Positions 1-13,533 of a stretch of 64,000 nt of DNA are shown here, one piece after another. The notes below the pieces were generated by a model, which searched no databases, was not told the origin of the DNA, and saw only the letters and a list, made by a program, of their open reading frames with translations. Both the position numbers and the translations under genes were made by a program. The stretch is from Eledone cirrhosa (taxonomy: Eukaryota), in NCBI GenBank assembly GCA_964016885.1, contig OZ024740.1:220720001-220784000 (forward strand), in the 5' to 3' direction. Positions within the stretch are counted from its first letter, which is position 1. Every line of letters starts with the position of its first letter.

Positions 1-1019
1 AAATGGTGACCACTAAAAATGGCAATATGGTGCAAATATAAGTGTAAAATGTAACAATTTGTTCACTTTGTGTTACATACTGGCTGATGTTGGTAGTACT
101 CTATCATCATCATTTGTCCACTTTCCATGCTAGCATGGGATGGAAGCACCATCACAGTCCGAGTTAATACTTATTTAGAGTTACTGCCTTCCTAGATGGG
201 TCAGGAAATAAATGTCATGCTTTTATGTTCCAAATTCTGGTATGGTTTCTATAGCTGGATGCCTTTCCTAACACAAACCACTGTGCAATTTTATCATGGC
301 ATCATCACCAGAGAGGTTGTTTTGTACTCAACAAGACAAAAGAATCTTCTCTACCCTATGATGTCTCCATTCAATTCGATTGTCAACCACTTTACAGAGT
401 GTACTAAGTGCTGGATGGCACCCCCATCTTCACTACTTTTCAATGGTGCACCCTCAGGTTGAGAAAAATTTATGGTGATATGTTTATTCTGTAACTCCAT
501 CTTAGAATTATTGCAAATGAGAGTGTTCTGAAGCCCATCCCCCTATAGCCCAGAGAAGGGCCTGTGCTTAGTTGATAACCACGTTATTACTCATAGGAAT
601 TAATTGTTAAGACCTTAATGAAAATGATATTACACAAACTATAAACACAAGATTGAGACAGAAAAGAGAAACAGACATACATCACCATCATCATTAGATG
701 ATGGTGATGTATAGAATACATATATATTATTGAAACATTATATATATTGTTGTAACATTGACTACATAATATAGTTTAATAATGGGGCATATAAATCCAC
801 TGGATGGAAAAAGATGGTTATGTTATAGTGAAGCTGCTATTTCTATTTCTGTGTTCCAAATATCATCATCATCCTGTGGCCTCGGCCGAAATGGACTCCG
901 CATGGGTCTGTTGTTTATTGCCGTTGTCAAGTCCTGGATTTCAATACCAGAATCTCAGGAGACGACATTGAGATAGGAGAGCTTGCTGTTATTAGTGATT
1001 ACTTGTGGTTTTCAAAGCA

Positions 1020-1360
1020 CTAATAGTGATATCAAGCAAGTCGAGGATTTCAAGTACCTTGGGTCCTGGATCATGGACTATGAGAAGGATTTCGCCACCA
1101 GGAAGGCCCAAGCATGGTCAGCTTGCAACAAGATGGATCGAGTTTGGCACTCAAATCTTTCCAACGACACCAAGATCAGACTCTTCCAAGTAACAATTCA
1201 ACCAATCTTGCTATATGGAAGTGAAACACGGACACTTTCATCCAAACAACAAAAGCACCTTGATGGCACTTATACTTGTCTGCTTCAATGCATTCAGAAC
1301 ATAAGCTGGCGACATCTGACTTTGAGAGAGATATATGCCGGACTCCCATACATATCTGAA
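1020..1360 (+). mobile_element. LINE RT C-terminal fragment
   Basis: VEDFKYLGS...AWSACNKM..VW..TKIRLF..ILLYGSET in ORF 983-1456; truncated by a SINE. Confidence 0.8.
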
Positions 1361-2331
1361 CTCAGAATGGAAAGGGCCGTAACTCTATGCGCCAAAGCAT
1401 GGCGTCCGACCCTCTACCGATACTGCCAATCCACAATAGATGATAGACATGAGTGAACATATCATAAATATACAGTAATCCCTGTTTAGTCCAATCCAAA
1501 ATAACTCTTTTAAGCTCTTTTGTGTCTGGAACAATAATTGTTTCTACTTTAGGCACAAGGGCAGCAATTACCCAGTACACTGCTGGTACTTTATTTTATT
1601 AACCCCGTAAGGATGAAAGGCAAAGTCAACCTCGGCGGGATTTGAACTCAGATCGTAAAGGGACGTAACTATGCTGGAAAGCATGGCGTCCGGCCCTCTA
1701 CTGATACTGCCAATCCACCGCCTTTTTTTGTGTCTGGAACAATAATACTCTCCTTTTAGCATCAGGTTAAAGTTTTGTTCAATAAAAATCTTTTAGCCCT
1801 TTCATGACCTCATTTCTAATGAAATACACTTTATTTCAATTAATTGATGAAGGATTTTGAGGGATTTACTAAAATTATTAATTATTTCATTACTACAATA
1901 GTGCAAGAATTGTAGAAGCTGGTGCAATAAAATACAGATATGATAGCCTTCCTTACAGTTTCTGTTAACAAAATTCACCAACAGTGAGATGGGACCCAAA
2001 ATTGATGCCTACTTGAAATCTAGTTTGGGGTTTTATATTCAGAAAGAACTAACAGAGACAAAACTAATCAAAGCTCTTGGTACACACACTAAAGTGGTTG
2101 GTATTAGGAAGGGCATACACATCCAAACCAATAATGGAACATATGAACAAGACATGGTCACCTGACCTTTATAAACTTATAACATGACAATTTGTCTAAC
2201 TCATGCAAGCATGAAAAATAGACATTAAATTGCGATGAAGATACTCTGTAAAAGTAAGGTACATAATAGTACAGAAAATTATTACAGTAATCTGAGGGGA
2301 AAGAGGTGGAATGAAACAAAAAATAGATTAC

Positions 2332-2408
2332 CTTGTATAAAGTTCATATAAATTAGTTAAATATTGTTCAGGGTCAGTCTGGGCATCCAACTTTTTAGAA
2401 ATATTTTC
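2332..2408 (-). CDS. EXOC5: EXOC5 exon 9; gene continues left of the window
   Basis: 77 nt; ENISKKLDAQTDPEQYLTNLYELYT(R) (human DAEQYLKNLYDLYTR). No further EXOC5 exon recognised in 1-2331. Confidence 0.93.
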
Positions 2409-5140
2409 CTGGGAAATTAACAAGAAGACAATTAATTAAAATGATAATAAAAAATTTAGTTTTGTAGTTGCATTTTTCATTTTTTTAAACTATTTTCATA
2501 TCAAACCACCTAAAACTGGCTCTGATTTTACAACACAAGTTGATAGCTTTAAACTTCTATCATAATTTTATGTAAGAACCTTTGTTAAATTATGTTCCAA
2601 ATGAGAAAGTTATTTCCCTAAATTCCTTTAAATTTTTGACAATCTTCAAAATTATTTGAAAATCATAGGTAATGTCTTTCATTATAAATATGATAATGAA
2701 AGGGTTAAATAGTTATTTGAAAAGATTTCTGACAATGGTCAAGTTCATCTTTTCTCAAATATTCTAGAATAAAAATGTCCTTTGAACAGGTAAAAAACCA
2801 ATCTTTTTAGGAGAATTAAGTTGATGCTAATGTATTTTGGTACTTGAATAAATATTGTTGTCTCTGATCGAGATGAAGCAAGAGTAAATTTGAATTCATA
2901 GAAAACTCATTGCTAGAACAGCTGTTAAAACAATCAAATGCTGACAATGACAGCGATGGGCAAACATGTCCCAGAGGACAGAGACCAGTGGCCAATGGTT
3001 GGCTGAAAGACAATCCAAGAGGTGGATGACAAGCAGATGAAATATAGAAAAGATTGATAGAGGCAGAGGACAAGGAGAAGTGTATTAGAGCATAGAAGTG
3101 ACCGGAACAAGGAAATAATTGTTTCTACTTTAGGCACAAGGCCAGCAATTACCCAGTGCATTACTGAAGTTCACACACTCATCTTCACCCTCATTAGCTC
3201 TCAAACCAGCAAAATTATTTAATTGAGAGTACCAGTTTAAAATGCTCGATTGTGCAACAGAAAAATAAACCTTTCTGCTGGTATGATGTCTTGATCTCAA
3301 AGAGCTGAATGGCAAAATAATTCTTGCAGGATTTGAACTCCAAGTTTAGAGAAGCTAAATAGCCATAAGGCAATCTAGTGCTTATCATTTTTCCATTGTA
3401 TGTATGGACCTGTAACTCCCGAGGGAATCGTAGGGGCACTGCCATATTGACATACACAATTTTTAGGTTATTTTCAAATCTGGAGGAGCCCATCTCCTCT
3501 CCAGGTCTGAACACAGCAGATTTCTTCCAGAAAAGGATAGAGAGTGAGAGAAAGGAAAGGAGAAAGAGATATAAAGGAAGAATTGATCCCAGTACTAGAC
3601 TGGTACTTTGGGTTATCAACCTTAAATGGATGAAAGGCAAGGTTGACTACGACGGGACTGGAATTCTGAGAGCTGGAACAAATACCATAAAGCATTCTAT
3701 CCGATGTTCTAACGACTCTACCAATTTGCCGCCTCATTTTGCCAATATACATCCTTAATTTGTATACACTGCTAAATTAATAATTGTTTCTACTTTTGGC
3801 ACAAGGCATACAATTATCCCAGTGCATTACTGGTGCTTTATTTTATCGACCCCATAAGGATGACAGGCAAAGCTAACCTCGACAGTATTTAAACTCAGAA
3901 CATAAAGGGCCATAACTCTTTGCTGCAAAGCATGGTGTCTGACACACCACCAATACTGCCAATCAATGGCAAAATTAATAATGCTAAATTAATAATATTA
4001 CCAAAACCACTACATAAACAATATCTATGTATAGTCCTGTAACTCCTGATGGAATCTTTGGCATGCCATCATGTCACATGACATGTCTTGGGCACTTTTT
4101 AAACCTGGTTAAGCCTATTTCCTCTCCAGGTCTGGATACAGCTGATTCCTTCCAGAGAGATAGAGGGTGAAAGAGGAAGTGAAGGGGAAGTGAACCTGAA
4201 GTGCCATCGTGACACACAACATTTCTTGGGCACCTTTTAAACCCGATGGAGCCCATTTCCTCCCCAGGTTTGAATAAAGCTGATTTCTTCGAGATAGAGA
4301 GAGAGAGGAAGTGAGAAAGAGATATAGAGGAAGAATAGACACCAGTACTGGACTGTTACTTTTTTTTATTGACATTAAAAAGATGAAAGGCAAAGGATTT
4401 GAACTTAGTGAGCGCCTGCAGATTTGCTGCCGACATTTGTGATATATCAACCTAAAAATAAAATGATCTTCATACTCGTTTTGATAACTAACCTATAGTG
4501 TATTTTGCTACATAGTAAAAAACGGTGACACTCAACTAGTAGCATAGGGTAGGAAGGGTTCTTCAGTCACTCTTCCCAGAGTTGGTGCCACAATAAAATG
4601 CACTGAATACACTCTGTAAAGTCTTCTTCTTGTCATATGACCTATGCACAATTGTTAGAGACAGATTGAGATTAGTGAACCAAACTAAGGTGTCATTTGT
4701 AGTATTATGGATTGCTTCCAGGCCCATAACCAACCACTTTACAGAGTTGTGCATATATCACAACTCTGTAAAGTGGTTGGTGATAGGAAAGGCACCTAAT
4801 TATAGGAGCCATGTTAGAATTGGAACCAACTAGCTTATCTAGGAAGACAGTTGAGTACTGACTTGGTCGGTGACAAACTGTCCAACCCATGCTTGCATAG
4901 AAGAAAAGACATTTGATGATGATGATGATACAATACTCTATTATAAATATTGAGTTTTTTCTCTTCTGTCTGATCACAAAATCAGAACCCAATTTGTTTT
5001 TTATACGTAGAAACCAAGCAAAAATTAGTTCTGTATGAGCAAGACATAGTCATCCAACATGGCTTGTCTCACAATGGGACAGCTCGTTTAACTCATGTTA
5101 GTGTGGAAAATGGATGTTAAACTGATGATGATGATGATGA

Positions 5141-5507
5141 TCATCATCATCATCATCATCAACGTTTAACGTCCGTGTTCCACGCTTGCATGGGTTTGGA
5201 CGGGGGTAGTCCCACTTGAGACAAGAGTGATTGTCTTGCTCGCATAGGACTGTCTGGCAGGTTTTCTACAGTTGGATGCCCTTCCTAACACCAACCACAT
5301 TTACAGTGTGGGTCTGGGAGGTTTTTACCGTGTTGCCTACACAGCCACATTACAGCGTGGACTGTGTGTTTTTTTGTCGTGACACCTACACGATCTCATT
5401 TGTTTCGGCCTCGATGGCGCGGCACCAACATAACTTTACATAGAACGGGGTGGTGTGGATGGGGTGGGGGTGGGGGTGGTGGGACGGGGTGTATTTTGTT
5501 AGAGATG
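5141..5507 (-). mobile_element. 3' UTR-only fragment of the young RTE LINE
   Basis: Near-identical to 34843-35207 and 14706-15069. Confidence 0.9.
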
Positions 5508-5586
5508 ATATATATATATATATTTATTTACATACCTGAAGTTGAGATGTTAGAGATGATATATATATATATATTTATTTACATAC

Positions 5587-5727
5587 CTGAAGTTTACCAA
5601 GGTAAATTTTCTGCACTAATTTCCCCATTACAATTTCCGGATTGGTAAAAACACTGTTGATTAATTCATTTGTTTTAGTACACAATGGCAGAATCTCATC
5701 AAAAATGTCATCCGATGTAAAACATCC
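5587..5727 (-). CDS. EXOC5: EXOC5 exon 8
   Basis: 141 nt; DDIFDEILPLCTKTNELINSVFTNPEIVMGKLVQKIYLGKLQ (human NDIFED...FSNPETVLAKLIQNVFEIKLQ). Confidence 0.95.
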
Positions 5728-6889
5728 CTGAAATATAAATAAGAAATTATTCTTAACCACAACAAGTAAAATAGGAGTGAAATTTTATAAAATACAATTC
5801 AAAATGAAATTCTGCTGGTAAAAATACATAATGGTTTCTGATTTAGGCACAAGGCAAACAATTTAAGGGGAGAGGAAAGTCGATTAAATCGACTGTAGAG
5901 TGTTAGTGGTACTTTATTTTATCGAACCTGTAAGCATAACAGGCAAAGCTAACCTCAATGAGATTTGAACTCACACTGTAAAGGGACGTAACAATATGCT
6001 GAAAAGCATGTTGCCTGATTCTCTACTGATACTGTCAATAGAAAGTTGTCATATGATGTTAACTTTGCTGGCTGTTTTTTTTTTTATATTCCTCTTAATA
6101 TTTACTTGCATTAGCCTGGTTTGCTCAAAGGTTTCACACTATCTCATATTTTTGAATGACAGATAGAGCAATCCACTGCGAGACTTTTCATATATACTAA
6201 GCTACTATGCACACACATATATATACACATACATATATATCTTTATATATACACATATGTATATGCGAAAGGTAAATGGAAAACAGCAAATAATATAGTA
6301 CAATGAATTTTAGTTTAATGCTTGATGATATCGTAGGAAAAAAGTCTTAACGTTTCAGATGCTAGTCCTTTATCAGAATACAGAACAAGAAATAAAAGAA
6401 GAAATAGAAAGACAGAGGAGAGTGAGAAGCAGAAGAAATGTAAAATAAAATTTTTGAAGAGATTGGCACAACAGTCCACACTGTAAGGTTGCTGTGTAGG
6501 AGACAAGGTGAAAAGGTTGCCAGTCCACACTGTAAATGTGGTTAGTGTTAGGAAGGGCATCAAGCTGTAAAAAAACCTGCCAGAGACGCTTCCGTGCGAG
6601 CGAGACATGGTCTCCCGAACAGTTCCGCATCAAATGGAACAAAACCATCTAACCCATGCTAGCGTGGGAGATAGACATTAAATGATGATGATGATGATGA
6701 TGATATATATATATATATATATATAATATAATTTGAATTTATTGAAAAAAACATTTAGAACAATGTCTAAATGATATGTAGTATATGTAGACAGCGACTA
6801 TTTTGCTCCCCCCCACATCCTGAATGCTGTGGTAAATGTGAGGGTCACTGCTTCCATAGGCGAATGGAATAAAATCCTAAAATACCGGG

Positions 6890-8297
6890 ATTATCAAATT
6901 ACTATTCTTTCTAGCATGTGGCTTTCAAGACATATGGTGGAGCTGGGCTGCTGACAGTGAAGTTCTTGTCATTGTTAGTGGCTCGCCTTATAGAGGGGTC
7001 AGGTGATACCTGTGAGGAGGATGCTTGGCTGTTCCAGTGCGTTAGACTTGCCATCAGCTGTGGTAATGCTGCGAATGCATTGGCTTGCCTCAAAAATTTC
7101 CAATTACGCTTGCGGTGTGTCACCAAAAGACACACTTGGTGGGAATTGATGGTTTTTTTTTTGTTTCGGGTTTCTTTTTCTCTCGCTTTGATTACATATA
7201 TTTTATGTATTATATTTATAAGGTTCCTAGCAATAATTGTATTTATTATTTGTGATTATATTTTCATTCTGTAAGAATTATAAATAATTTATAATGTTAC
7301 TTATACAACTGTGAATATCAAATAACTATTTTTTCCAGCCTGTGGCATTCAAGAAGTTTGGGGGAGCTAGGCCGCTGACGTTCTTATCGCTAGTGGCTCG
7401 CCTTACTGAGATGTCAGGTGATGCACATGAGGGTGCTTGGTTGTAGCAGTGCCTTAGCCTTGCCATCACCCATGGTAAAGCTATGAGTGTGTTGGCTTGC
7501 TTCAAAAATTTCCAATGACTCTTGTGGTGTGTGACCGATTGACGCACATTTTCAATTCAATATATTTGGCAGAAAATAAAACATAGATGCTTCAGATGCC
7601 ATGTAAGGAGGTGAAAGGGGCAAAATTTACAGTCGGAAACACAGTGGTCCAACACTGGTCTAATTTCGCCTTGAATTGTTGCGTCGTTGGCGCGTTGACT
7701 ACTTCTTCTGGAAGCCGATTCCAGGGTCCAGAGATGCGGATCGAGAAAGCAGCTTTCCGTATATTTAGGCGAAAGCGGCGATGAAACAGCTTTTTGTCAT
7801 GTCCACGTAGACCCCTTTCAAGTGCCGGAGTGAATAGGAGATCTTGAGGGAGATCGTAATGGCCATTGAAGAGATTGTAAGCCAAAATGAGATAGCCGTC
7901 GACGCTCCAAGGAGAAGAGGTTCAGCTTCTGCAGCCGGCTTTCGTAGGGCAGCTCATGAAGACCCTGTACCATTCGAGTCGCTAGTCATTGAACTCTCTC
8001 CAAGTGATAGATATCCCGGATGAGATATGGGTTTGATGCTTGGATGCCATATTCTAGGTGTGGTCTCACGAGGGCGACATAGAGAGGCCTGAACATTTCT
8101 GGAGTGAGTTTTCATTAAATTCCAATTATGGTGTTGGATTGATTTTTTTTTTTTTTTTACACTTGTTTTGATTGTATATTTTTTGTGTATTATATTTAAA
8201 AGGTGCCTCGCAATAATTGTATTTATTATTTGTGGTTATATTTTCATTCTGTAAGAATTATAAACAATTTGTAACGTTATTTATACAACTGTGAATA
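6890..8297 (+). mobile_element. Two tandem 3' fragments of a CRE/RLE-type non-LTR element (second copy interrupted by the CR1 fragment)
   Basis: VAFKTYGGAG..WLFQCVRLAISCGNA resembles the RLE C-terminus (ETxG...FQRxSxAIxRGNA); repeated at 7325-7545; 3' tail 7188-7317 is repeated at ~8167-8297. Confidence 0.6.
7585..8108 (-). mobile_element. CR1/L2-like LINE 3' fragment nested in a CRE-like repeat
   Basis: LYVALVRPHLEYG...LRGHDKKL...FSIRISGPWNRLP motifs. Confidence 0.8.
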
Positions 8298-8331
8298 AAA
8301 TGGAGATGTAATCAGTAATAATTATAATTAC

Positions 8332-8376
8332 CTTTTGCGCTTCTTCTATAAAAGATTCAATACATTGATTGTAACT
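8332..8376 (-). CDS. EXOC5: EXOC5 exon 7
   Basis: 45 nt, TTTCAG/GTAA; SYNQCIESFIEEAQK (human GYSHCVDVYIKQCQE). Confidence 0.9.
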
Positions 8377-9879
8377 CTGAAAAGAGATCAGAAGAATAAT
8401 AATGTCATTTGATGATAAACATTAACCCTTTAGCATTTAAACTGGCTGTATCCAGCCAGAATTCTCTCACCTCTTTCTGTTCAAACCGACCGTAATCAGC
8501 CACTAATATTGATATTCTCAAAATGAATACCATCAAAATCTCATGGATTCAATATTATGGGAAGTGAAGCCTTTACCATGAAAATACAATAGTAAATATA
8601 GCGTAATGTAATTACTAAAGGGTCGAAGGAATATAAAACCATTTATTGTAATATAAATTCCATTACCCCTACCATTACTGTATTTCCTCCAGCACTGCTC
8701 CTTGCTCATTACTTCCTCCTTTGCTACTGTCTTGCTCCACAATGACTCTTCCACATTACCCCCTCCCTCAGCCAACCTCTCATCAAAATTATTGTTCCTC
8801 CCACCATACTCTCACTCTCTCTTTCGTTATTCATTTCTTCTATTTCATATTCTTGGTCATGTTGCCTTGAATGAATGAAAAGTGTTGAATAGCTGGTGCC
8901 ATGAAAAATGCACCCAGTACACTCTGTAAGGTGGTTGGTGATAGGAAGGGCACACAACTGTAGAAACCATGCCAAAAAAGGGTTGAGAGGACCAGTCAGT
9001 TGTGTCAAGGTCACAACAACCTCCCTAGTGTTGGTGACACAGTAACATGCACCCATACACTGTAAAGTGATTGGTTTATAAAAAGGACATCCAGCTGCAG
9101 AAAATATGGCAAACAAAGGGCTGAGAGAACTTTGTCATGATAACCTCCCTAGTGCTGTGCCATAATAAAATGCATCCAGTACACTCTGTAAAGTGGATGG
9201 TGATAAGAAGGGCATCCACCATAAATTTTCTATAGGAAGATGCCCTTCCTATCACCAAACACTTTACAGTGTATTGGATGCATGTTATCATGTCACCAAC
9301 ACTAGAGAGGTTGTTGTGCCCTTGACACAACTGAAGAGTCCTAAAGAGTCCTCAACCCTTTTTTGATATGGTTTCTATAGCTGGATGCTCTTCCTATCAC
9401 CAACAACTTCAATAGGCTGTGATTTCAGCGCAATTTGGTCTCTATTTTAAGTAGGTTGAGCAATCATATAGAGGTTTGTCTCACTAAATGACTCGTTATT
9501 AATGTACTTGTGAAATATATGTGGCAAACTGGTAGTCATTAGTGTTAGATTATCTTGTAGTATTTTGTTCTGGCTCCCTGCACTCCCAGTTCAAGTCCTG
9601 CAATCACCTTCGATTATTTTAGGGTCAATAAAATAAAGTACCAGTTCATGGCAGTGGATTGGCAAGATTGTTAGATAATTGAACAAGGTGCCTTGCAGCA
9701 TCTGTTCCAGTAGTAATTTGTGTTCTGAATTCAAATCCTACCATTAGCTAAAGTTAATCACTTGAACCACAGGACCACAACTGATTATGAGAGCTGCAAT
9801 GGGTGGTGGAAGATTGTGGCCATTTGCTACTACAGTCAAATGATGATGAAATACAGGTGTTTACATGTTTAAAGTATAC

Positions 9880-9989
9880 CTTGAAATTTTGTAAGACCGA
9901 GGCAACTCTTCTCATTTTACGAGTGTCCCCTTCATGGTGAGCAATTCTGAATTCTTCAATCAATTCATTTTCCACCTGGTTGTATTTAT
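9880..9989 (-). CDS. EXOC5: EXOC5 exon 6
   Basis: 110 nt; KYNQVENELIEEFRIAHHEGDTRKMRRVASVLQNFK (human KYHDLECQLIQEF...SRMREVAAVLLHFK). Confidence 0.95.
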
Positions 9990-10091
9990 CTGTGAACCAA
10001 GAAGATATTTAGGACAGAATGAGTGAAATAGATGACCATCATTCACATCTGTTGTAGACATACTTAACAATTAAGACACATATATTATACA

Positions 10092-10620
10092 CTCACATAT
10101 GTACAAATAAACATACACTTACATATGCCCCCAAAACATACACACATATACTTACATATACACACACATACTTACATAAGCACAAATAAACATACACACA
10201 CATACACTTACATATACACAGGTATACACACACATACTTACATATGCACAAATAAACATACACACACATATACTTACATATACACAAGTATACACACACA
10301 TACTTACATATGCACAAATAAACACACACACACATATACTTACATATACACAAGTATACACACACATACTTACATATGCACAAATAAACATACACACACA
10401 TACTTACATATGCACAAATAAACATACACACACATATACTTACATATACACAAGTAAGTATACACACACATACTTACATATGTACAAATAAACATACACT
10501 TACATATCCCCCAAAACATACACACATATATTTACATATACACAAGTAAGTATACACACACAAACTTACATATACACAAATAAACATACACACACATATA
10601 CTTACATATACACAAGTAAA
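10092..10620. repeat. CA/TA-rich minisatellite (~28-30 bp units, e.g. ACACACATACTTACATATGCACAAATAAAC)
   Basis: Directly visible; source of the spurious low-complexity ORFs. Confidence 0.9.
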
Positions 10621-10679
10621 CACTTTTGAAATTATTAATTACAAAACACTTTTGAAATAAAATATTTATAAATGCATAC

Positions 10680-10708
10680 CTGATATTCTTTGTCTTGCTT
10701 TTACAAAT
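10680..10708 (-). CDS. EXOC5: EXOC5 exon 5 (29-nt micro-exon)
   Basis: TTTCAG/GTATG bounded; (K)FVKARQRIS(D) corresponds to human RFSEVKSKIAS. Phases 2 and 1 fit the neighbouring exons exactly. Confidence 0.85.
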
Positions 10709-12386
10709 CTGAAAGTAATCAATATTAAATAGTAAATGTTTTTATAAGTTTTAGGTAAAATATTCACTTAATCAGCAGAAGATAAAAATAAAAAATACAT
10801 AAAAAAAAACAAAGAAACAAAAAACAAACATTTAATTACAAACAGATGGACATTTTAAAAATTATAAATTAATATTTTAATTGATATTTTGTAGAAAATT
10901 TAGTTCTAATCCTTTTGATACCAAACCACCCAACTGCCTGCCCTGGTTTTATGATACAAAGTTGTTTATTTTAATGATTTTATATTTATCTAAAAACCTT
11001 CAATCACGTTATGTTCGAAACATGAGAAAGTTTGTTATATTACTAAATCTCTCCAAATTGTTGATTATTTTCAAACTGATTAAAACATTATAGGCAGTAT
11101 ATTTCACATAGAGTGACATAGCAATAATAATTTCTCAAAGAAATGAGATGAGCCTGTTCCAATGTATGATTAAGGTAAGTGTACATGAATAAAAAAGCAC
11201 AGGTGAGTTGAAAGAAAAACTGGGCATGAGAGGTATCACATATTGTGTACAAGAGAGAAGATCAGTAGCGGGTTGCATGGGGGTGCAGCTGCACTTCCCC
11301 CTACCTAAAAAATTGTCAGAAAATTCTTAAATTTTCAAAAAATATTGTATACTTTGCTCGTTTATTTTAATTACACAAAACATAATAAAATATGTATAAT
11401 ACAATAATGAATAAAGATGTTATAATAATTGTTTCTACTTTTGGCACAAGGCCAGCAATTATCCAAGTGTATTACTGGTACTTTATATGTTATAATAATT
11501 GTTTCTACTTTTGGCACAAGGCCAGCAATTATCCCAGTGTATTACTGGTACTTTATTTTATCGACCCCGTAAGGATGAAAGGCAAAGTTAACCTCGGCGG
11601 GATTTGAACTCAGACCATAAAGGACCGTAACTCTTTGCTGCAAAGCATGGCATCCGACCCTCTACCGATACTGCCAAATGATTGGCTTGCATAAATATTT
11701 TTGTTGGAAAATTATGAACATCTGCACCCACAAAATTGAAAGGAGCAATAGCTTATAGAGATGATTATGATGGTAGAAACACACTATATGTAATGATGAT
11801 GACTGTTGGATGGAGAAGTGCCAGTAGTTGTATCTAAATTCATATACAATATGTTTACATAAAATAAATGTAGATTTAGTCTCTCTGAAAGTATTTTAAA
11901 CTGTGATCATGTATTAATAGTTCCTTTACAAAATCTGTAAGAAGATATTACTGTATTACGACTATCACAAATTAAAATTAATTGGTCAAACTTGCTAGTT
12001 TAAAGTCTGTCTTAAGCCAGAAGGCTCATTAGGCCGGTGCTTATCCAAGTTTCGTGGTGTGAAGCGACTGAAAGTACAAGACTTCCTCCCGGTCAGGACA
12101 CCAGTCCATCGCAGGGTTAAACCCCCAGCTATTGCTGGTACTCATTTTCAGCTGAGTATACTGGAGCAATGTGAAATGAAGTGTTTTGCTCAAGAACACA
12201 ACACGCAACCCAGCCCAGAAATTGAACCCATGACATTATGATTGTAAGTCCAACAACCTTACCACTAGGCCTTGTGCCTCCACTAAACTTGCACTATATG
12301 TAAATTAGGCTTCACCAAGAATAGTTTGTTTACAAAATCCTGTAAGAAGATATTGTCTTCCAAACTTCAGCATCTTGGTGAAAGTA

Positions 12387-12882
12387 CATATACTTGAATA
12401 TAAGTTGATCTGAATACAAGCCGACTTCTCCTATTTTATGTATGAGAAATAGACAAAAATCCCAACCCCGTTTATAGGCCGAGGCTGGTAATCAATACAT
12501 TATGTTTAGATGGTGCAGTTTTGAAATTCTCAGGAGTGGAAAATACATTTATGAAGTTTTAATAGTTTGATATTGAAAATATTTTAAGTTTCAGTTAGAG
12601 TAAAGTGTCAGTTAGAGTAAAGTTTCACAACTCCATTACATAATGATTTTTTAACCAATTTCTGATTGTTGTGAAGGCCATTTTCATTCAAAACATATAA
12701 AAAACAATAGGAAATACGAATTTCACGTCAACGTGGAATATTCACCTTCAAAATAAAAATACTTCAGCACCTCATTTATGTAGAAAATCAGCAAAATATT
12801 GACCTTGAATATAAGCCAACCCCCTTTCATCATCAATTATTTTTTGTCACATATTTCTCGGTTTATATACAAGTATATATGG
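12387..12882. mobile_element. pogo-type MITE (second, inverted copy at ~17235-17720)
   Basis: Degenerate TIRs (ATATACTTGAATATAAG / TTTATATACAAGTATATATGG); internal similarity to the reverse complement of 17235-17720. Confidence 0.6.
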
Positions 12883-13096
12883 TAAGTGAGCACTGATGAA
12901 TTGTATTGACAGTGAAATACATCTGCTATCCTTACTCTGATGCTGAGGTAGCTGTGACATGATCATAGCTTAAAATACTCACAGAAAAACTAAATATATG
13001 TCTATTACATGTAAAGATATTGTATATGGGTTCATATATGCCTTCATTCAAACCATTACCATACTGAATGAAGAAAACCACAGATGCAAGAATGTA

Positions 13097-13421
13097 CTCT
13101 CTAAGGGGTTGGAATAAGCGGGAAGAAAGGGGTTTAGAAAATCGGTAATTGTTCTAGGTTGTCTCCCTTGATTTAAAAAAAAAACAGAATTAGTCATTTA
13201 ATTTACATATTTATTTCATAACGTATAGGATATTCTTGTAATGTAGTTTTTTGTCATGCATAATGTTTTTTAAAATATAAAGAAAATTAGTTATCATAGG
13301 AATGCTACCATTTAAAATAAAATTTCGCTGGAGATAGATTAGCAAAGCAGAGGGTGGGTGGAAAAAATCTGAAAAATTAATAAGCAGGGTGGTGTGTGCA
13401 ATTATTTGAGACCCAACAGTA
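13097..13421. mobile_element. MITE-like repeat (second copy at ~22800-23125)
   Basis: Shared blocks TAGGTTGTCTCCCTTGATT, AGGAATGCTACCA, GAAAAAATCTGAAAAATTAATAAGC. Confidence 0.55.
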
Positions 13422-13465
13422 GTCATACAAAATTAAATAATTAAATAAAACTTCAAAAGACATAC

Positions 13466-13533
13466 TTTTCACTATTTGGTAATTCTTGTGCAATAAGATG
13501 CAGCTTCTGAATAATGTCTGCTGCTAATTGAAG
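13466..13533 (-). CDS. EXOC5: EXOC5 exon 4
   Basis: 68 nt, CAG/GTATG; LQLAADIIQKLHLIAQELPNSE (human AADIIQKLHLIAQELP). Confidence 0.95.

Noticed and set aside
10093-10467. Cys/Val/Tyr-rich and His/Thr-rich ORFs
   Set aside because: Translations of a minisatellite; the same applies to the 62573-63258 ORFs over TA/TG repeats.
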